This document shows, piece after piece, positions 20,304-30,413 of a stretch of 64,000 bases of DNA. A program made the translations under genes and the position numbers. Origin of the DNA: Leptospiraceae bacterium (GTDB taxonomy: Bacteria > Spirochaetota > Leptospiria > Leptospirales > Leptonemataceae); the NCBI GenBank assembly GCA_040217195.1, contig JAVJNR010000004.1, positions 896,001-960,000 on the forward strand, written 5' to 3'. A model generated the notes under the pieces. That model was not told where the DNA came from and made no database searches. It saw only the letters and a list, made by a program, of their open reading frames with translations. How positions within the stretch are numbered: the first letter of the stretch is position 1; every line of letters begins with the position of its first letter.

Positions 20304-21410
20304 CTAGCTAATCGGTGAAGCCTGATTGTTTACTGCTTCGGTTAGTTGATCCACTTCAAAAACTTTTACAGAACCTTTCTTGCCGCGAAGCATATAATCG
20401 CCAGCCATACGAAGAGAATTGGACTCTTCCAGGCCTCGGGCCGTGTTTTCATCTATCAGTAGATCTACATGCTTTTCTTTTGTAAGATCCTGGATTCTTG
20501 CAGCCGTGTTAACCGGATCGCCCATGACTGCGTATTTCAGCCTTTGATAGGAGCCAATGTTTCCAGCGAAGATCTTTCCGGTGGCTATTCCCATACCATA
20601 GTGAACTCCATCTTCCTGAAGCTCGGGAGGCAGATACTTTTCATTGTACTTGCGCATCAGCTTGCGAATAGCTCTGGCTGCATCCACGGCATTGGCAGCA
20701 TCCCGACCAGTAGGATCCGGACATCCAAAAGTAGCCAGAATACCATCCCCGAGAAGCTCATTCACAGAGCCGTGGTTTTCGAAAATCAGATCCATGATCC
20801 GACCAAATAGATCGCTTATGAATTCAGCATACTTCTGAGGGCCAATCCGCTCAGCGATGGTTGTGGATCCTCGCACATCGTAGAACATTACGCTGGCTTC
20901 CAGAGTCTTTCCGCCCAGTTCAGACGAGATCTCTTCGCTCAAAATCTTATCTACAATGTCACGGGAAAAATATCGGAGGAGACGCTGTTTATCATGTTCC
21001 AATCGCTGATTCAGTTCATGAATTTTACGACGATAACTCAGAAGTTCCAGAGCTTGCTGAATTCGCATGCTAAGATCAGCAAGCTGAATAGGTTTCTTGA
21101 TGAAGTCGCTGGCACCGGTGGACATACCAACAATTCGAATTTCATCAGAATCGTCAGCGCTCATTATAAACACTGGCACCGATACAGATTTGTCGTGGGC
21201 CCGAATTCGTTTTAAGACTTCCAGGCCTGGAAGCTTCGGTAAAAAAATATCCAGCAATACCAGGTCCGGATCAAACTTTTCCATTTCTTCCAGGGCTTCT
21301 GGGCCATCCGGAGCAACCTTTGTTTCATAGCCCCATTGACTCAGGAAGCGGTCCAGCAATGCGGACTGATCCGGGTCGTCTTCTACAATTAGAATTTTGG
21401 ATTGGGCCAT
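20304..21410 (-). CDS. response regulator-class III nucleotidyl cyclase
   Basis: REC (LLDIFLP), FYDVRGST, NELLGDG, GIATG, YAVMGDPVNTAAR and LRGK. Confidence 0.93.
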   Translation of the reverse strand: MAQSKILIVEDDPDQSALLDRFLSQWGYETKVAPDGPEALEEMEKFDPDLVLLDIFLPKLPGLEVLKRIRAHDKSVSVPVFIMSADDSDEIRIVGMSTGASDFIKKPIQLADLSMRIQQALELLSYRRKIHELNQRLEHDKQRLLRYFSRDIVDKILSEEISSELGGKTLEASVMFYDVRGSTTIAERIGPQKYAEFISDLFGRIMDLIFENHGSVNELLGDGILATFGCPDPTGRDAANAVDAARAIRKLMRKYNEKYLPPELQEDGVHYGMGIATGKIFAGNIGSYQRLKYAVMGDPVNTAARIQDLTKEKHVDLLIDENTARGLEESNSLRMAGDYMLRGKKGSVKVFEVDQLTEAVNNQASPIS

Positions 21411-21415
21411 AAAAA

Positions 21416-22243
21416 TTAGCCAGCTGCTAACTGGAAATATGGATGCGATCTATATCGCTGAAGCTGTTGTTCGCTAATGATTTTTTCAAAAGGATCTGCC
21501 TGATCACCGGAGCTCGCATACACTTCTTGAACGGCACTTCGAGCTTTTGTGTCCAGAGGAATGCCGGCCCCGGCCTGGCCCAGAGCTGCAGAAAGTACAG
21601 TAATCTTACCCAGGTCGTCGGATCCACTCAGATCCGTGACAGTCAATTGCATGCTGTGCAACAATGACTCTGGAAGGTTCCACTTTCGAGCCGCTTCCTG
21701 ACCGGCTTCGGAATGGTTGGTTCCGTAGGAGGACTGCTCCAGATCCCTGAGATCAAATCCATTTTGCTCAGCTTGTTCAATCAGGAAGGAATAGTGATCG
21801 CCTTTGTTTAGAGCCAGAATACTCATTCCAATGTTATAGAGCAGTCCCGACAGAAAGGCTTCTTCGGCCAGTTCAGGATGCTTGAAACGCTTGGCCACCT
21901 CTTCAGCAATAAGGGCCGAGAGTACGGGATACTCGGTAAGATATTTCTTGAATACAGGGCTTTTTAGATCTGTGGCAATTTGCCTGGTACTGATAAAGAT
22001 AATCAGGTTCTTAAGTGCTTTCAGTCCTAGCAAAGTGATTGCATCACGCATTACCTTTACTCGACCGGAGCGGCCGTAGTAAGCTGAATTGGCCACCCGC
22101 AAAATCTCGCTGCAAATTCCCCGGTCCGGGGCAATCAACTTCTCCACTTCCCCGGCACTGGAATCCGGAGAATCTGTATCATATTTCATGATCTCCATAA
22201 CTACCTGAGGTAGTGGAGGAATGACGAGATTGGAATCGCTCAT
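21416..22243 (-). CDS. HDOD-domain protein
   Basis: IPPLPQV, ILRVANSAYYG, AFLSGLLYNIG, WNLP. ATG 22243 has an AGGAG RBS; the track start at 22390 is over-extended. Confidence 0.88.
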   Translation of the reverse strand: MSDSNLVIPPLPQVVMEIMKYDTDSPDSSAGEVEKLIAPDRGICSEILRVANSAYYGRSGRVKVMRDAITLLGLKALKNLIIFISTRQIATDLKSPVFKKYLTEYPVLSALIAEEVAKRFKHPELAEEAFLSGLLYNIGMSILALNKGDHYSFLIEQAEQNGFDLRDLEQSSYGTNHSEAGQEAARKWNLPESLLHSMQLTVTDLSGSDDLGKITVLSAALGQAGAGIPLDTKARSAVQEVYASSGDQADPFEKIISEQQLQRYRSHPYFQLAAG

Positions 22244-22518
22244 GCTGTCAGTTCTCCTGGCTGTAGAGGGAGAAACAATAAAATTTCCCGGGTACACCTG
22301 CAACAGATTACAGGTCCGGAATCTACGCCCTGCAGAGTATACAATGTGGCCTTCCGCAAGACTCAGTTTCTGCCAGCCCTTAAAATCCATATCCGGAGCA
22401 GTAATTTCTCCAAATATTCGGGGTGACTACCGGCCAGATGATCGAAAAAATCCCCACCTTTCCGCCAGGAGTGGCTGAATCCTGCATATCCAGGGGGTCG
22501 ATACTCTATAGAAGAGTT

Positions 22519-24318
22519 ATGCCCTCTCTGGAATTACCAGCCGCTCTGATCACATGTTTGATTTTCTACGCAGTCTACTACAATCGGCTGGGTCGAGTCC
22601 GGTCATTTGTGGCTGTGGCCGAGGCATTTCTGGCCGGGGCCGTAATTGCTCTGGCCCTACTTCTACTTTCCCCGTATACATCGCAGCGAATGGAGATGCT
22701 CACTCCATTCACCCAGGGCTTCTTATTGGCGGCTCTGCCGGAGAAATTTCTGGGCTTACTGGCTCTGGTCTACATGATGATTCGCGATCGCAGCGAGATG
22801 TCGGTAAAAAATACAATCGGCTATGCGATCCTGATAGGCGCTGGATTTTCCTTTGTAGAGAACATCGCCTATTCCTGGATCTACGGAAGCCAGATCGTGT
22901 ATCTTAGATTGTTTAGCTCGGTTTCCATGCATTTAACCAGTATGGGCATCATGGGATTTTTCCTGGGTCTGGGATATATACGGGAGCGAAAGAGCTGGAT
23001 ATTCTTTCTGGTTGCCTTTTTCATTCCGTTCTTGCTCCACGGAATCTTTGATTACAGCATCCTTTCTGGAGGTTCCTGGAATTACACCATTCCGCTTCAT
23101 ATTCTGTTGCCTGTATTCTTTGTGGAAGCGGCCATCTCCCGGGCGCAAACCTTGCCACAAAAAGGTGAGCTGGAAAAAGATGGAATTTGGTTTGAAGAAT
23201 GGGCCTTGCTGGATCGTCAAAAAGGCTATGAAAAATGGATTCTGGCCTCCACGGACCAGATAAAGAGCTCGGCTTCCTTCTTTCGCTTACCGCCAGGTGC
23301 TTTAAAAAATGTACTGGCAATTTGCGTTTTGGTCCTGCCGGCACTTGTATTCATTGAACCAGAGCTAATCCCGCTGAAAGTAACTATCAGCTATTCAATG
23401 TACATGGCACTGTTCGTGTTGCTGCCAGCTTCTGTTGGAATTTCAATTCTGACCATTGGCTCTGTCAATCCGGAGTTCTTTAAAGGTCGCTTGATTCGCA
23501 TCCCGATTGTACTGGACTGGGAAGTATTCGAAGAAGGAATTCCGGCCCCGGTGCACTCAGGAATTTCATATGAGCTCAGCGGTGCATCGCTTTATCTTCG
23601 TGGAAATGTAGAGTCTGGAGATGAAAGGCAGGTTCAGTTTCGCTTTGACCGAATCGCCAGTCCCTCGGTGGGCTACGAAACCGTAGAACTGTCAGACGAG
23701 ACTAGCTCTGCCGATGGACAACTCATTCGCCTTGACCGGGACGTTCCAGGATTTCGTGCATTTCAACGTCGATATCGCATACGCAGGCTTTTATGGGGGC
23801 TGTTCTATTTCTTTCATTTTCCTGGCTCGGAAGGGTTTCGCAAACTGTTTATTAAGCCCAGGACCATTACTCAGACACGTAGAAGTTATGAGGCAGGTGA
23901 TGTTGTTTTTCTTGAAGGAGATCCGGCGCGAAGGTTTTACCTGGTTGAAAAAGGTAAAGTCCAGATTCTGAGGGATACCAGGACCGGGCCGGTGGCGCTT
24001 TCCACTGTGGAAGAAGGGGAAATCTTTGGAGAGATGGCCCTGGTACATGGGGAGGCCAGGAGTGCAACGGCTATCTGTATGACTGATACGATCCTTTCTT
24101 CGGCTCTCTCTGACCACCTGGAGTCCCTGATTGAAGCCAATCCAGAATTCGCTTCTACTCTAATTCGCACATTGGTCATGAGACTAATCCATTCGGAAGA
24201 GGCATTTCTGGAAAAATTAAGATCGCTAGAGATTGATGACCGAGACCAATGGCTGCACAGGGAAGAACAAGGCGATGTCACGGAGAATAAGAAGAAAAGG
24301 AAAAAGAAGGGCAAGTAG
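22519..24318 (+). CDS. PrsW-family intramembrane protease-like domain fused to a cyclic-nucleotide-binding domain
   Basis: GFSFVEN, SMH and LLHGIFD PrsW motifs; C-terminal FLEGD...FGEMAL...RSATA cNMP cassette. Confidence 0.8.
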   Translation: MPSLELPAALITCLIFYAVYYNRLGRVRSFVAVAEAFLAGAVIALALLLLSPYTSQRMEMLTPFTQGFLLAALPEKFLGLLALVYMMIRDRSEMSVKNTIGYAILIGAGFSFVENIAYSWIYGSQIVYLRLFSSVSMHLTSMGIMGFFLGLGYIRERKSWIFFLVAFFIPFLLHGIFDYSILSGGSWNYTIPLHILLPVFFVEAAISRAQTLPQKGELEKDGIWFEEWALLDRQKGYEKWILASTDQIKSSASFFRLPPGALKNVLAICVLVLPALVFIEPELIPLKVTISYSMYMALFVLLPASVGISILTIGSVNPEFFKGRLIRIPIVLDWEVFEEGIPAPVHSGISYELSGASLYLRGNVESGDERQVQFRFDRIASPSVGYETVELSDETSSADGQLIRLDRDVPGFRAFQRRYRIRRLLWGLFYFFHFPGSEGFRKLFIKPRTITQTRRSYEAGDVVFLEGDPARRFYLVEKGKVQILRDTRTGPVALSTVEEGEIFGEMALVHGEARSATAICMTDTILSSALSDHLESLIEANPEFASTLIRTLVMRLIHSEEAFLEKLRSLEIDDRDQWLHREEQGDVTENKKKRKKKGK

Positions 24319-24366
24319 CCGGAATTCTTGACAGGGCCCATGAAACCGGAGATCTCTGGCTGACCA

Positions 24367-25701
24367 ATGAATTTTCAGGAACCGCTACTGGATCTGGAAA
24401 CCTTCGAAGAAAGGTTCATAGAGGCAAACCGGGGAAAGCCCCTTTTCTTAATACGCTTTCAGAATGTGCAGGGTATGGATGTGGAAGGCTTCCTCACGTA
24501 CCTTCGAAATGAAGTTCATAGCATCCTGAACCTCACCGACGTAGAGTTCTGTTTTCATCTAATGGACCACAGTACTTTGCTGATGGGAATTACTCCCTAC
24601 TCCAGCTGGCGTGGGCGAGATTTTCCCAACATCGATAGTGCAGTAGGCCGCTTCCATGATGAGTGTGCCAGCAATCGAGTTTGCCTATTTGACTTTGGAG
24701 TGGCCCGGACACAGTGCAATTATATTTCCGATTCGCAGGAGATATTGCAGGAATTGCTCCAGGCATCCCAGAAGAATTTAAAAGATAACCTCACTCGCTG
24801 GAGCTGGACCTATTTCAATCGGGCCAATACCTACATCGCAGGCGCCGCCAATGAAGCGATGATACAGCCCACAGTTTCCTATGATCCTCATAAAAAAACT
24901 TTCACGGTTAAGGGTGGCGAGGTATTCGTTGGCGGCGGCCTCTATCAAAGTTACAGAGAATTGATTCAGGACATCCCGGACGATCAAGATCTGAACCGAA
25001 TTGAACTTCTGATTCTGGAAAAACTGATAGTTGCATGCGAGAAAGCACCGGGATTGCTAAAGTTTAACATCTCTCCTCAGTCCTTGATTGATACTTTTTC
25101 CCAGCCAGATAAAGTGCAACGTCTGCAGAAACTCTGGGGCAATATGAGTCTGGAATCCAGAAATATTCGCTTCGAGCTGGTCGAAAAGCCCTACGAGGAA
25201 CATCAGTATTCATTGAAAGATGTATGCGAACATTTCTGGAAATGCGGAGTCAGCTTTGCCGCCGATGACTTTGGCGTAAAAAGCCAGAGTCATCAGGTGG
25301 TGCTTGAACTGGGAATCATGATCAAGGAATTCAAGCTGGACCCTATTAGCTTTCGGTTTAAAGCAAATGAAGATCAAATCAAATTCCTGGACAACCTGGC
25401 TTTCATCGACTATTGCAAACGCCTGGCCGATAACCGGGAAGCGATGATTACTGCAGAAGCCGTGGAAGATTTTGATACTCTACAATTCTTGATGGAGCAT
25501 CAGATCTATCAGTATCAGAGTAATATTTTCTGCGGCAAAATGCCCATAGATCAATACAAAGCGGAATTTGCATCCATGAGCGATCTTCCGGAAGCCGTGG
25601 TAAAAGAAATCGTAGATGAACGTGGACCACAGATGTGGAATGATCACTCGTCTAATATTTTTGAACTGGCAAGAAGCCGGGGACAACTGCCCGGGAGATA
25701 A
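24367..25701 (+). CDS. atypical EAL-domain protein
   Basis: IQP, EVF (in place of EAL), FNISP, FELVE, ADDFG, FKLD and AEAVE. Confidence 0.78.
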   Translation: MNFQEPLLDLETFEERFIEANRGKPLFLIRFQNVQGMDVEGFLTYLRNEVHSILNLTDVEFCFHLMDHSTLLMGITPYSSWRGRDFPNIDSAVGRFHDECASNRVCLFDFGVARTQCNYISDSQEILQELLQASQKNLKDNLTRWSWTYFNRANTYIAGAANEAMIQPTVSYDPHKKTFTVKGGEVFVGGGLYQSYRELIQDIPDDQDLNRIELLILEKLIVACEKAPGLLKFNISPQSLIDTFSQPDKVQRLQKLWGNMSLESRNIRFELVEKPYEEHQYSLKDVCEHFWKCGVSFAADDFGVKSQSHQVVLELGIMIKEFKLDPISFRFKANEDQIKFLDNLAFIDYCKRLADNREAMITAEAVEDFDTLQFLMEHQIYQYQSNIFCGKMPIDQYKAEFASMSDLPEAVVKEIVDERGPQMWNDHSSNIFELARSRGQLPGR

Positions 25702-25709
25702 ATGGAACG

Positions 25710-28085
25710 ATGCTTCCAGAATTCAGGTTTGCTCGGCAGTTGCAAGTTCTCCTGCCCTTTGCTCTTCTAGTATCATTGATTCTACCCGCCCATTCACTTC
25801 GCTCCGAGACAAGCGATTCGCACTGTACACCACTGCCAGATCTTTCTACGGGGGAGGTAATGGTATCTGACCTACGAGGTCATTATTTTGCAGAAGAGCG
25901 GCCTCTGGATGTGGATTCTTTACCTCCATTGGCCGAATGGACTGGTAGTAGCCTGGAAAACTTTCATCGCGGATTCAGCTCACCCTTCTGGGTACACTTC
26001 TGTCTTCAGAATACTTCTTCCGATGCCTGGTTCGGAGAATTCCTGATCATGAATGCATTTCTTGAATCCCTGGAAATCTACACTGGAAACAACAATGAAT
26101 GGAAGCAGGAGACATTGGAGCAGAATCGTTTTCTGTCTATGAATATTGCAGTACAGAAGCAATCCACTACCAATTACTTGATTCGATTCAGTGAAAAGCT
26201 TCCGGCTCGTTTACCTATGGTCATTCAGGCGGGCAAAGTAAATCTTTCGCAGCTTCGCTTCATGGATGGCATCGTTCTGGGCGCAGTCTTTATTATCACC
26301 CTGTACAGTCTGAGCATCTGGCTTTTTTCCAGAGAGATTGATTATATCTTTTACTCTGTCCTGCTCATGCTCTTTTTGCTGCATCGCTCTTTTTTTCAAG
26401 GACTTGCAAATGAAGTAATGCCACTGGAAATTCTGGAATACAGGCTGGAAATCGCACTTTCAGCAATTTGCGGTCTGTACATGTTCCTGTTTTTCTGGCT
26501 TAGCTCCTTTGCAAAAGATGCGATACAGAACACAATCTGGGCAAAAATCTCTCCCATAGCAGCCAGCGCATTCCTTGTAGTACTGCTGGCCAGCTGGTTC
26601 ATTCCATATCGCATAAACCAGCTGGTCTACGTTGTAATGATTCCGGCCACCTTGCTAGTCTCCGTATTGAGTTTTGCAGCCCTGGGCAAGGGATTCCAGC
26701 CAGCCAGGTTCTTTTTTGTGGCGAATCTCGGTTATCCTCTGGCCGCACTTCTGGGCTATCTGGTTCAGGATAGTAGCGAAAATGTGCCGGCTTTGATCGT
26801 TTTGCATTTTCTGGACATTGGTATACTTTACCAGGTGGCCTTTCTTTCACTGGCCATTGCCGATAAGATCCGCTTTCGCAATGAAAATCGCGAGGCCGGT
26901 CTGGAACAGATGGTAGCAGATCGAACAATCAATCTTCAGCGAATGGTGGAAGAGAAAGTTGAAGCACAGCGAAAGGCTGAACATGCATCTCAAAGTAAAT
27001 CCGAATTTCTGGCAAATATGAGCCATGAGATTCGCACACCCATGAATGCATTGCTTGGAACTGCAGAATTACTTGCATTCACTGATTTAACCGAAGAGCA
27101 GCGAAGACACTTACAGGTATTTCAGAAAGCAGGGAGAACCCTGTTAAATATTCTTAACGATATTCTGGATATTTCGCGCATCGAATCCGAAAGAATTGAG
27201 ATCGAAACGGAAGCATTTTCTCCCACAGAGCTACTGAGTACACTGGAGCTCACATATGCGCCGCCAAAGGGACATCCGGTGGAGCTCCGGTTCAGGGGCC
27301 AGGCCCTACCGCCCAGGTTGCTGGGAGATCCTCATCGTCTGTTTCAAATAGCGGGCAACCTGGTATCCAATGCATTGAAGTTCACTGACCATGGCTGGGT
27401 AGAGGTGCGGGCACGATATACAGATGCCGGGATCTTTGTTCTGGAAGTCCAGGATACTGGAATTGGAATAGCAGAAGAGAAGCAGACCCGGCTATTTCAG
27501 CGATTTTTTCAGATCAGGGAAGGACAGAAGTCCACTGTTTCGGGAACTGGCCTGGGCCTGAGCATCTGTCATTCTCTAGTTCAGCGAATGGCAGGAAAGA
27601 TTGAGCTGGAAAGCTCGAAAGGTAATGGAAGTCTGTTCAGGGTACAAATCCCCATGCCTGAAGCATCTCCTGGCCTGGAGGAAGTAAGTGTTCCACAAAA
27701 CGATGGCGAAATCCGAGAACTGAAAATTCTGGCCGTAGATGACAATCCGGACAATCTTTATCTCCTGGAACGATTGCTGCAGAAGCAAGGGCATAAGACA
27801 ATCGCCACCACTCGAGGGGATGAAGCCCTGCATCTAATCACGGAGGACTGGTTTGATCTGGTAATCCTGGATATTCAAATGCCAGAAATGGATGGATTCG
27901 AATTACTTCAGCGCATTCGCGCCCAGGATCTGCTCCCGGCCGATTGCCCTATTGCTGCTATCACAGCGTATGCGGCCGCGGAAGATAAAAATCGGATTCT
28001 TGCTTCGGGCTTCCAGGCGTATCTGTCCAAGCCCATCAGCTCCAGAACCCTTCGGCAGATGATTCAAACGCTATTCAGCAGCTAA
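25710..28085 (+). CDS. 7TM-DISM hybrid histidine kinase
   Basis: Periplasmic domain, 7 TM helices, [26 protein letters not shown] and REC ILDIQMP. Confidence 0.92.
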   Translation: MLPEFRFARQLQVLLPFALLVSLILPAHSLRSETSDSHCTPLPDLSTGEVMVSDLRGHYFAEERPLDVDSLPPLAEWTGSSLENFHRGFSSPFWVHFCLQNTSSDAWFGEFLIMNAFLESLEIYTGNNNEWKQETLEQNRFLSMNIAVQKQSTTNYLIRFSEKLPARLPMVIQAGKVNLSQLRFMDGIVLGAVFIITLYSLSIWLFSREIDYIFYSVLLMLFLLHRSFFQGLANEVMPLEILEYRLEIALSAICGLYMFLFFWLSSFAKDAIQNTIWAKISPIAASAFLVVLLASWFIPYRINQLVYVVMIPATLLVSVLSFAALGKGFQPARFFFVANLGYPLAALLGYLVQDSSENVPALIVLHFLDIGILYQVAFLSLAIADKIRFRNENREAGLEQMVADRTINLQRMVEEKVEAQRKAEHASQSKSEFLANMSHEIRTPMNALLGTAELLAFTDLTEEQRRHLQVFQKAGRTLLNILNDILDISRIESERIEIETEAFSPTELLSTLELTYAPPKGHPVELRFRGQALPPRLLGDPHRLFQIAGNLVSNALKFTDHGWVEVRARYTDAGIFVLEVQDTGIGIAEEKQTRLFQRFFQIREGQKSTVSGTGLGLSICHSLVQRMAGKIELESSKGNGSLFRVQIPMPEASPGLEEVSVPQNDGEIRELKILAVDDNPDNLYLLERLLQKQGHKTIATTRGDEALHLITEDWFDLVILDIQMPEMDGFELLQRIRAQDLLPADCPIAAITAYAAAEDKNRILASGFQAYLSKPISSRTLRQMIQTLFSS

Positions 28086-28198
28086 AACACCGATTCGGCT
28101 CAATGCAGGACAGCACCGACTCACATTCTCGGGAAATTCACTTGACCATGGAGTAGAACGTGCTACCATAGACGTTTAAGAGCTATTCTGGACGAATT

Positions 28199-28810
28199 AT
28201 GCCCCAGGCAAAGAGTAAAACCGCCAAAAAGAAGACAGCAAAGAAAGCTGCAAAGAAGAAGGTCAGCGCTAAAAAGACCGCGGCCCCTAAAGCAAAGAAG
28301 AAAAGCAGCACTTCCGCTAAGAAGGCGGACACGGACTTTACTGTAGGAGATTATGTTGTTTATCCCATGCACGGAGTGGGAGAGATTTCCGCCGTGCAAA
28401 ATCAGAACATCCTTGGAAAGCGAACCCTCTGTTACATCCTTGAGATAGAAAATAGCAAGATGAAGGTTATGATCCCTGTAGAAAGCGCCAAGGAGCGCGG
28501 CATCAGGCCTATCATTCAGAAAAAGGACGTAAAGAAGGTTCTGGATTTATTAAAGAAGGATGAAGTGGACACAGAAGAGGACTGGAAGATCCGCTATCAG
28601 AATAACCAGAATAAGATTCGATCTGGTTCTATCTATTCGGTGGCGGAGGTGTGCAGAAACCTCTACAAACGTGCCCGGGATAAAGAACTTTCGCTCATGG
28701 AGCGCCGGCTTTATGAGCTGGCTTACTCATTGATTACAAGCGAACTCGCCCTAGCCAGGTCCATTTCTACGGAAGAGGCTAGCAACCTCATATCCGAAGT
28801 ACTCTCCTGA
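28199..28810 (+). CDS. carD: CarD-family transcriptional regulator with Lys/Ala-rich N-terminal tail
   Basis: [17 protein letters not shown]-interaction domain and the conserved Trp in DWKIRY. Confidence 0.9.
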   Translation: MPQAKSKTAKKKTAKKAAKKKVSAKKTAAPKAKKKSSTSAKKADTDFTVGDYVVYPMHGVGEISAVQNQNILGKRTLCYILEIENSKMKVMIPVESAKERGIRPIIQKKDVKKVLDLLKKDEVDTEEDWKIRYQNNQNKIRSGSIYSVAEVCRNLYKRARDKELSLMERRLYELAYSLITSELALARSISTEEASNLISEVLS

Positions 28811-28921
28811 TTCGTCCATAGCTCAAATCGGCCAACTGGTCGACACCGGTATATCCGGGCGGCATGGCCGCAAGAAAGCATCCACTGATGGGTGTGAATT
28901 TCATTTGGAAGGGTTTGAGTT

Positions 28922-30094
28922 ATGAACATCCTTTATCGATTACTGGCAGCATTGGCCGGTGGGGCCTGTGGCTATTTCTTGTCCACAACCGCCGGAATGG
29001 AGCTATCTGCTGCAGCTCTGGCTGGTGGGGTGGTATTTGCCATTTCACTGGCATTCTTCTTCGTAGACCGTCTATTCAAGGGAATAAGCGGTGAATTGTT
29101 TTTCTGTATTAGCGCCGGTATTTTTTCCGGCCTTCTGATATCCGGCCTGGCCGGATGGCTGCTTACGTCTCTGGGCATTGAATCCTCATTGCTACAGTCA
29201 ATCGGTCCATACCTGTATGTGCTGCCAGCAACCATTCTTGGCTACGGCGGCTATATATTCGCACAGAGACCTGGGCTCCGCATATTTGGCGGGGGTGGTT
29301 TCCGTAAGGATGAGCAGGGAGGAGCTTCCACAGAAAAAATCCTGGATACTTCAGTTATTATTGATGGGCGGATCCTTGATATTGCCCAGACAAACTTCAT
29401 TGAAGGTCCTTTTATTATACCGAACTTTGTGCTGCGAGAAATCCAGCTCATTAGCGACTCACCGGATCCAATTAAGAGGAATCGAGGACGTCGTGGCCTG
29501 GAAATGCTCAATAAGTTGCAGCAGCTGGGAACAGTTCGGGTAAAAATTAGTTACATCGATTACACCGATACTCGGGAAGTGGATGCCAAGCTGGTAAAGC
29601 TCTCCCTCGAAACGGGCGGAAAGCTAATTACCAATGACTTTAACCTCAACAAAGTAGCCGAGCTACAGGGCGTTGAAGTCCTGAACCTGAATAATCTGAC
29701 CAACGCATTGAAGCCAATTGTTCTTCCAGGGGAAGATATTGTAATTGATGTGATAAAAGAAGGAAAGGATGAAAACCAGGGCATTGGTTATCTGGAAGAT
29801 GGCACCATGGTAGTGGTTGAAAATGGCCGCAACCTCCTGGGGAAAACGGTTCAGGTAAACGTTACTTCCATTATCCAGACTGCTGCCGGAAAGATGATAT
29901 TCACCAGAGCCAACGGAAGCGGCGAGCCCACTCAGGGTGGGGATGACCGTGGCGGAAAGCAAGGTGGAGACCGCAACGACAAGAACGATCGAAATGACCG
30001 GGGCGGCAATGACAGAAACGATCGGGGCGGCGGCCGACGAGGTGGCCGTGACCGAGAAGCTGCCGGAGGCGGAGGACGCCGAAGAGGCCGTTAG
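28922..30094 (+). CDS. membrane PIN/TRAM-domain protein (YacL-like)
   Basis: N-terminal TM helices, [41 protein letters not shown]; Gly/Arg/Asp-rich tail. Confidence 0.93.
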   Translation: MNILYRLLAALAGGACGYFLSTTAGMELSAAALAGGVVFAISLAFFFVDRLFKGISGELFFCISAGIFSGLLISGLAGWLLTSLGIESSLLQSIGPYLYVLPATILGYGGYIFAQRPGLRIFGGGGFRKDEQGGASTEKILDTSVIIDGRILDIAQTNFIEGPFIIPNFVLREIQLISDSPDPIKRNRGRRGLEMLNKLQQLGTVRVKISYIDYTDTREVDAKLVKLSLETGGKLITNDFNLNKVAELQGVEVLNLNNLTNALKPIVLPGEDIVIDVIKEGKDENQGIGYLEDGTMVVVENGRNLLGKTVQVNVTSIIQTAAGKMIFTRANGSGEPTQGGDDRGGKQGGDRNDKNDRNDRGGNDRNDRGGGRRGGRDREAAGGGGRRRGR

Positions 30095-30131
30095 TTAAAA
30101 TCCAATAAAAACTAGCTGGATTTCGTTCTAG

Positions 30132-30164
30132 AAAGCCTGAGGCGGATTTCGCTTCAGGCTTTTT
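30132..30164 (+). terminator. rho-independent terminator of the carD-PIN/TRAM operon
   Basis: AAAGCCTGAGGCG-gattt-CGCTTCAGGCTTTTTT hairpin with U-tract. Confidence 0.85.
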
Positions 30165-30262
30165 TCTTCCTGAGCCTACCCGGTTGTACCGCAGAACAAC
30201 CCTCCTCTCTGATCGCTAGAACAACTTTGTCCCATGCCGGATGGTCTGATCCTCCTAAAGAC

Positions 30263-30313
30263 TGTTACACAACGGACACTCACTCGACATTCTTGCGACA
30301 CACATTTGTAACA
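30263..30313 (+). promoter_or_regulatory. 11-bp-phased Pho-box-like repeat array
   Basis: GTTACA/GACACT/GACATT/GACACA/GTAACA start at 30264, 30275, 30286, 30297 and 30308; flanking TGTTACA and TGTAACA are also an inverted pair. Confidence 0.5.
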
Positions 30314-30413
30314 TAAAAATAAGCATATCTACAATATTAGCATAGACATATTGCCAATGGAATACGAAATGATTACGCTCGTTTTTCATATTGGAGACAT
30401 TTTGGAGAAACTT

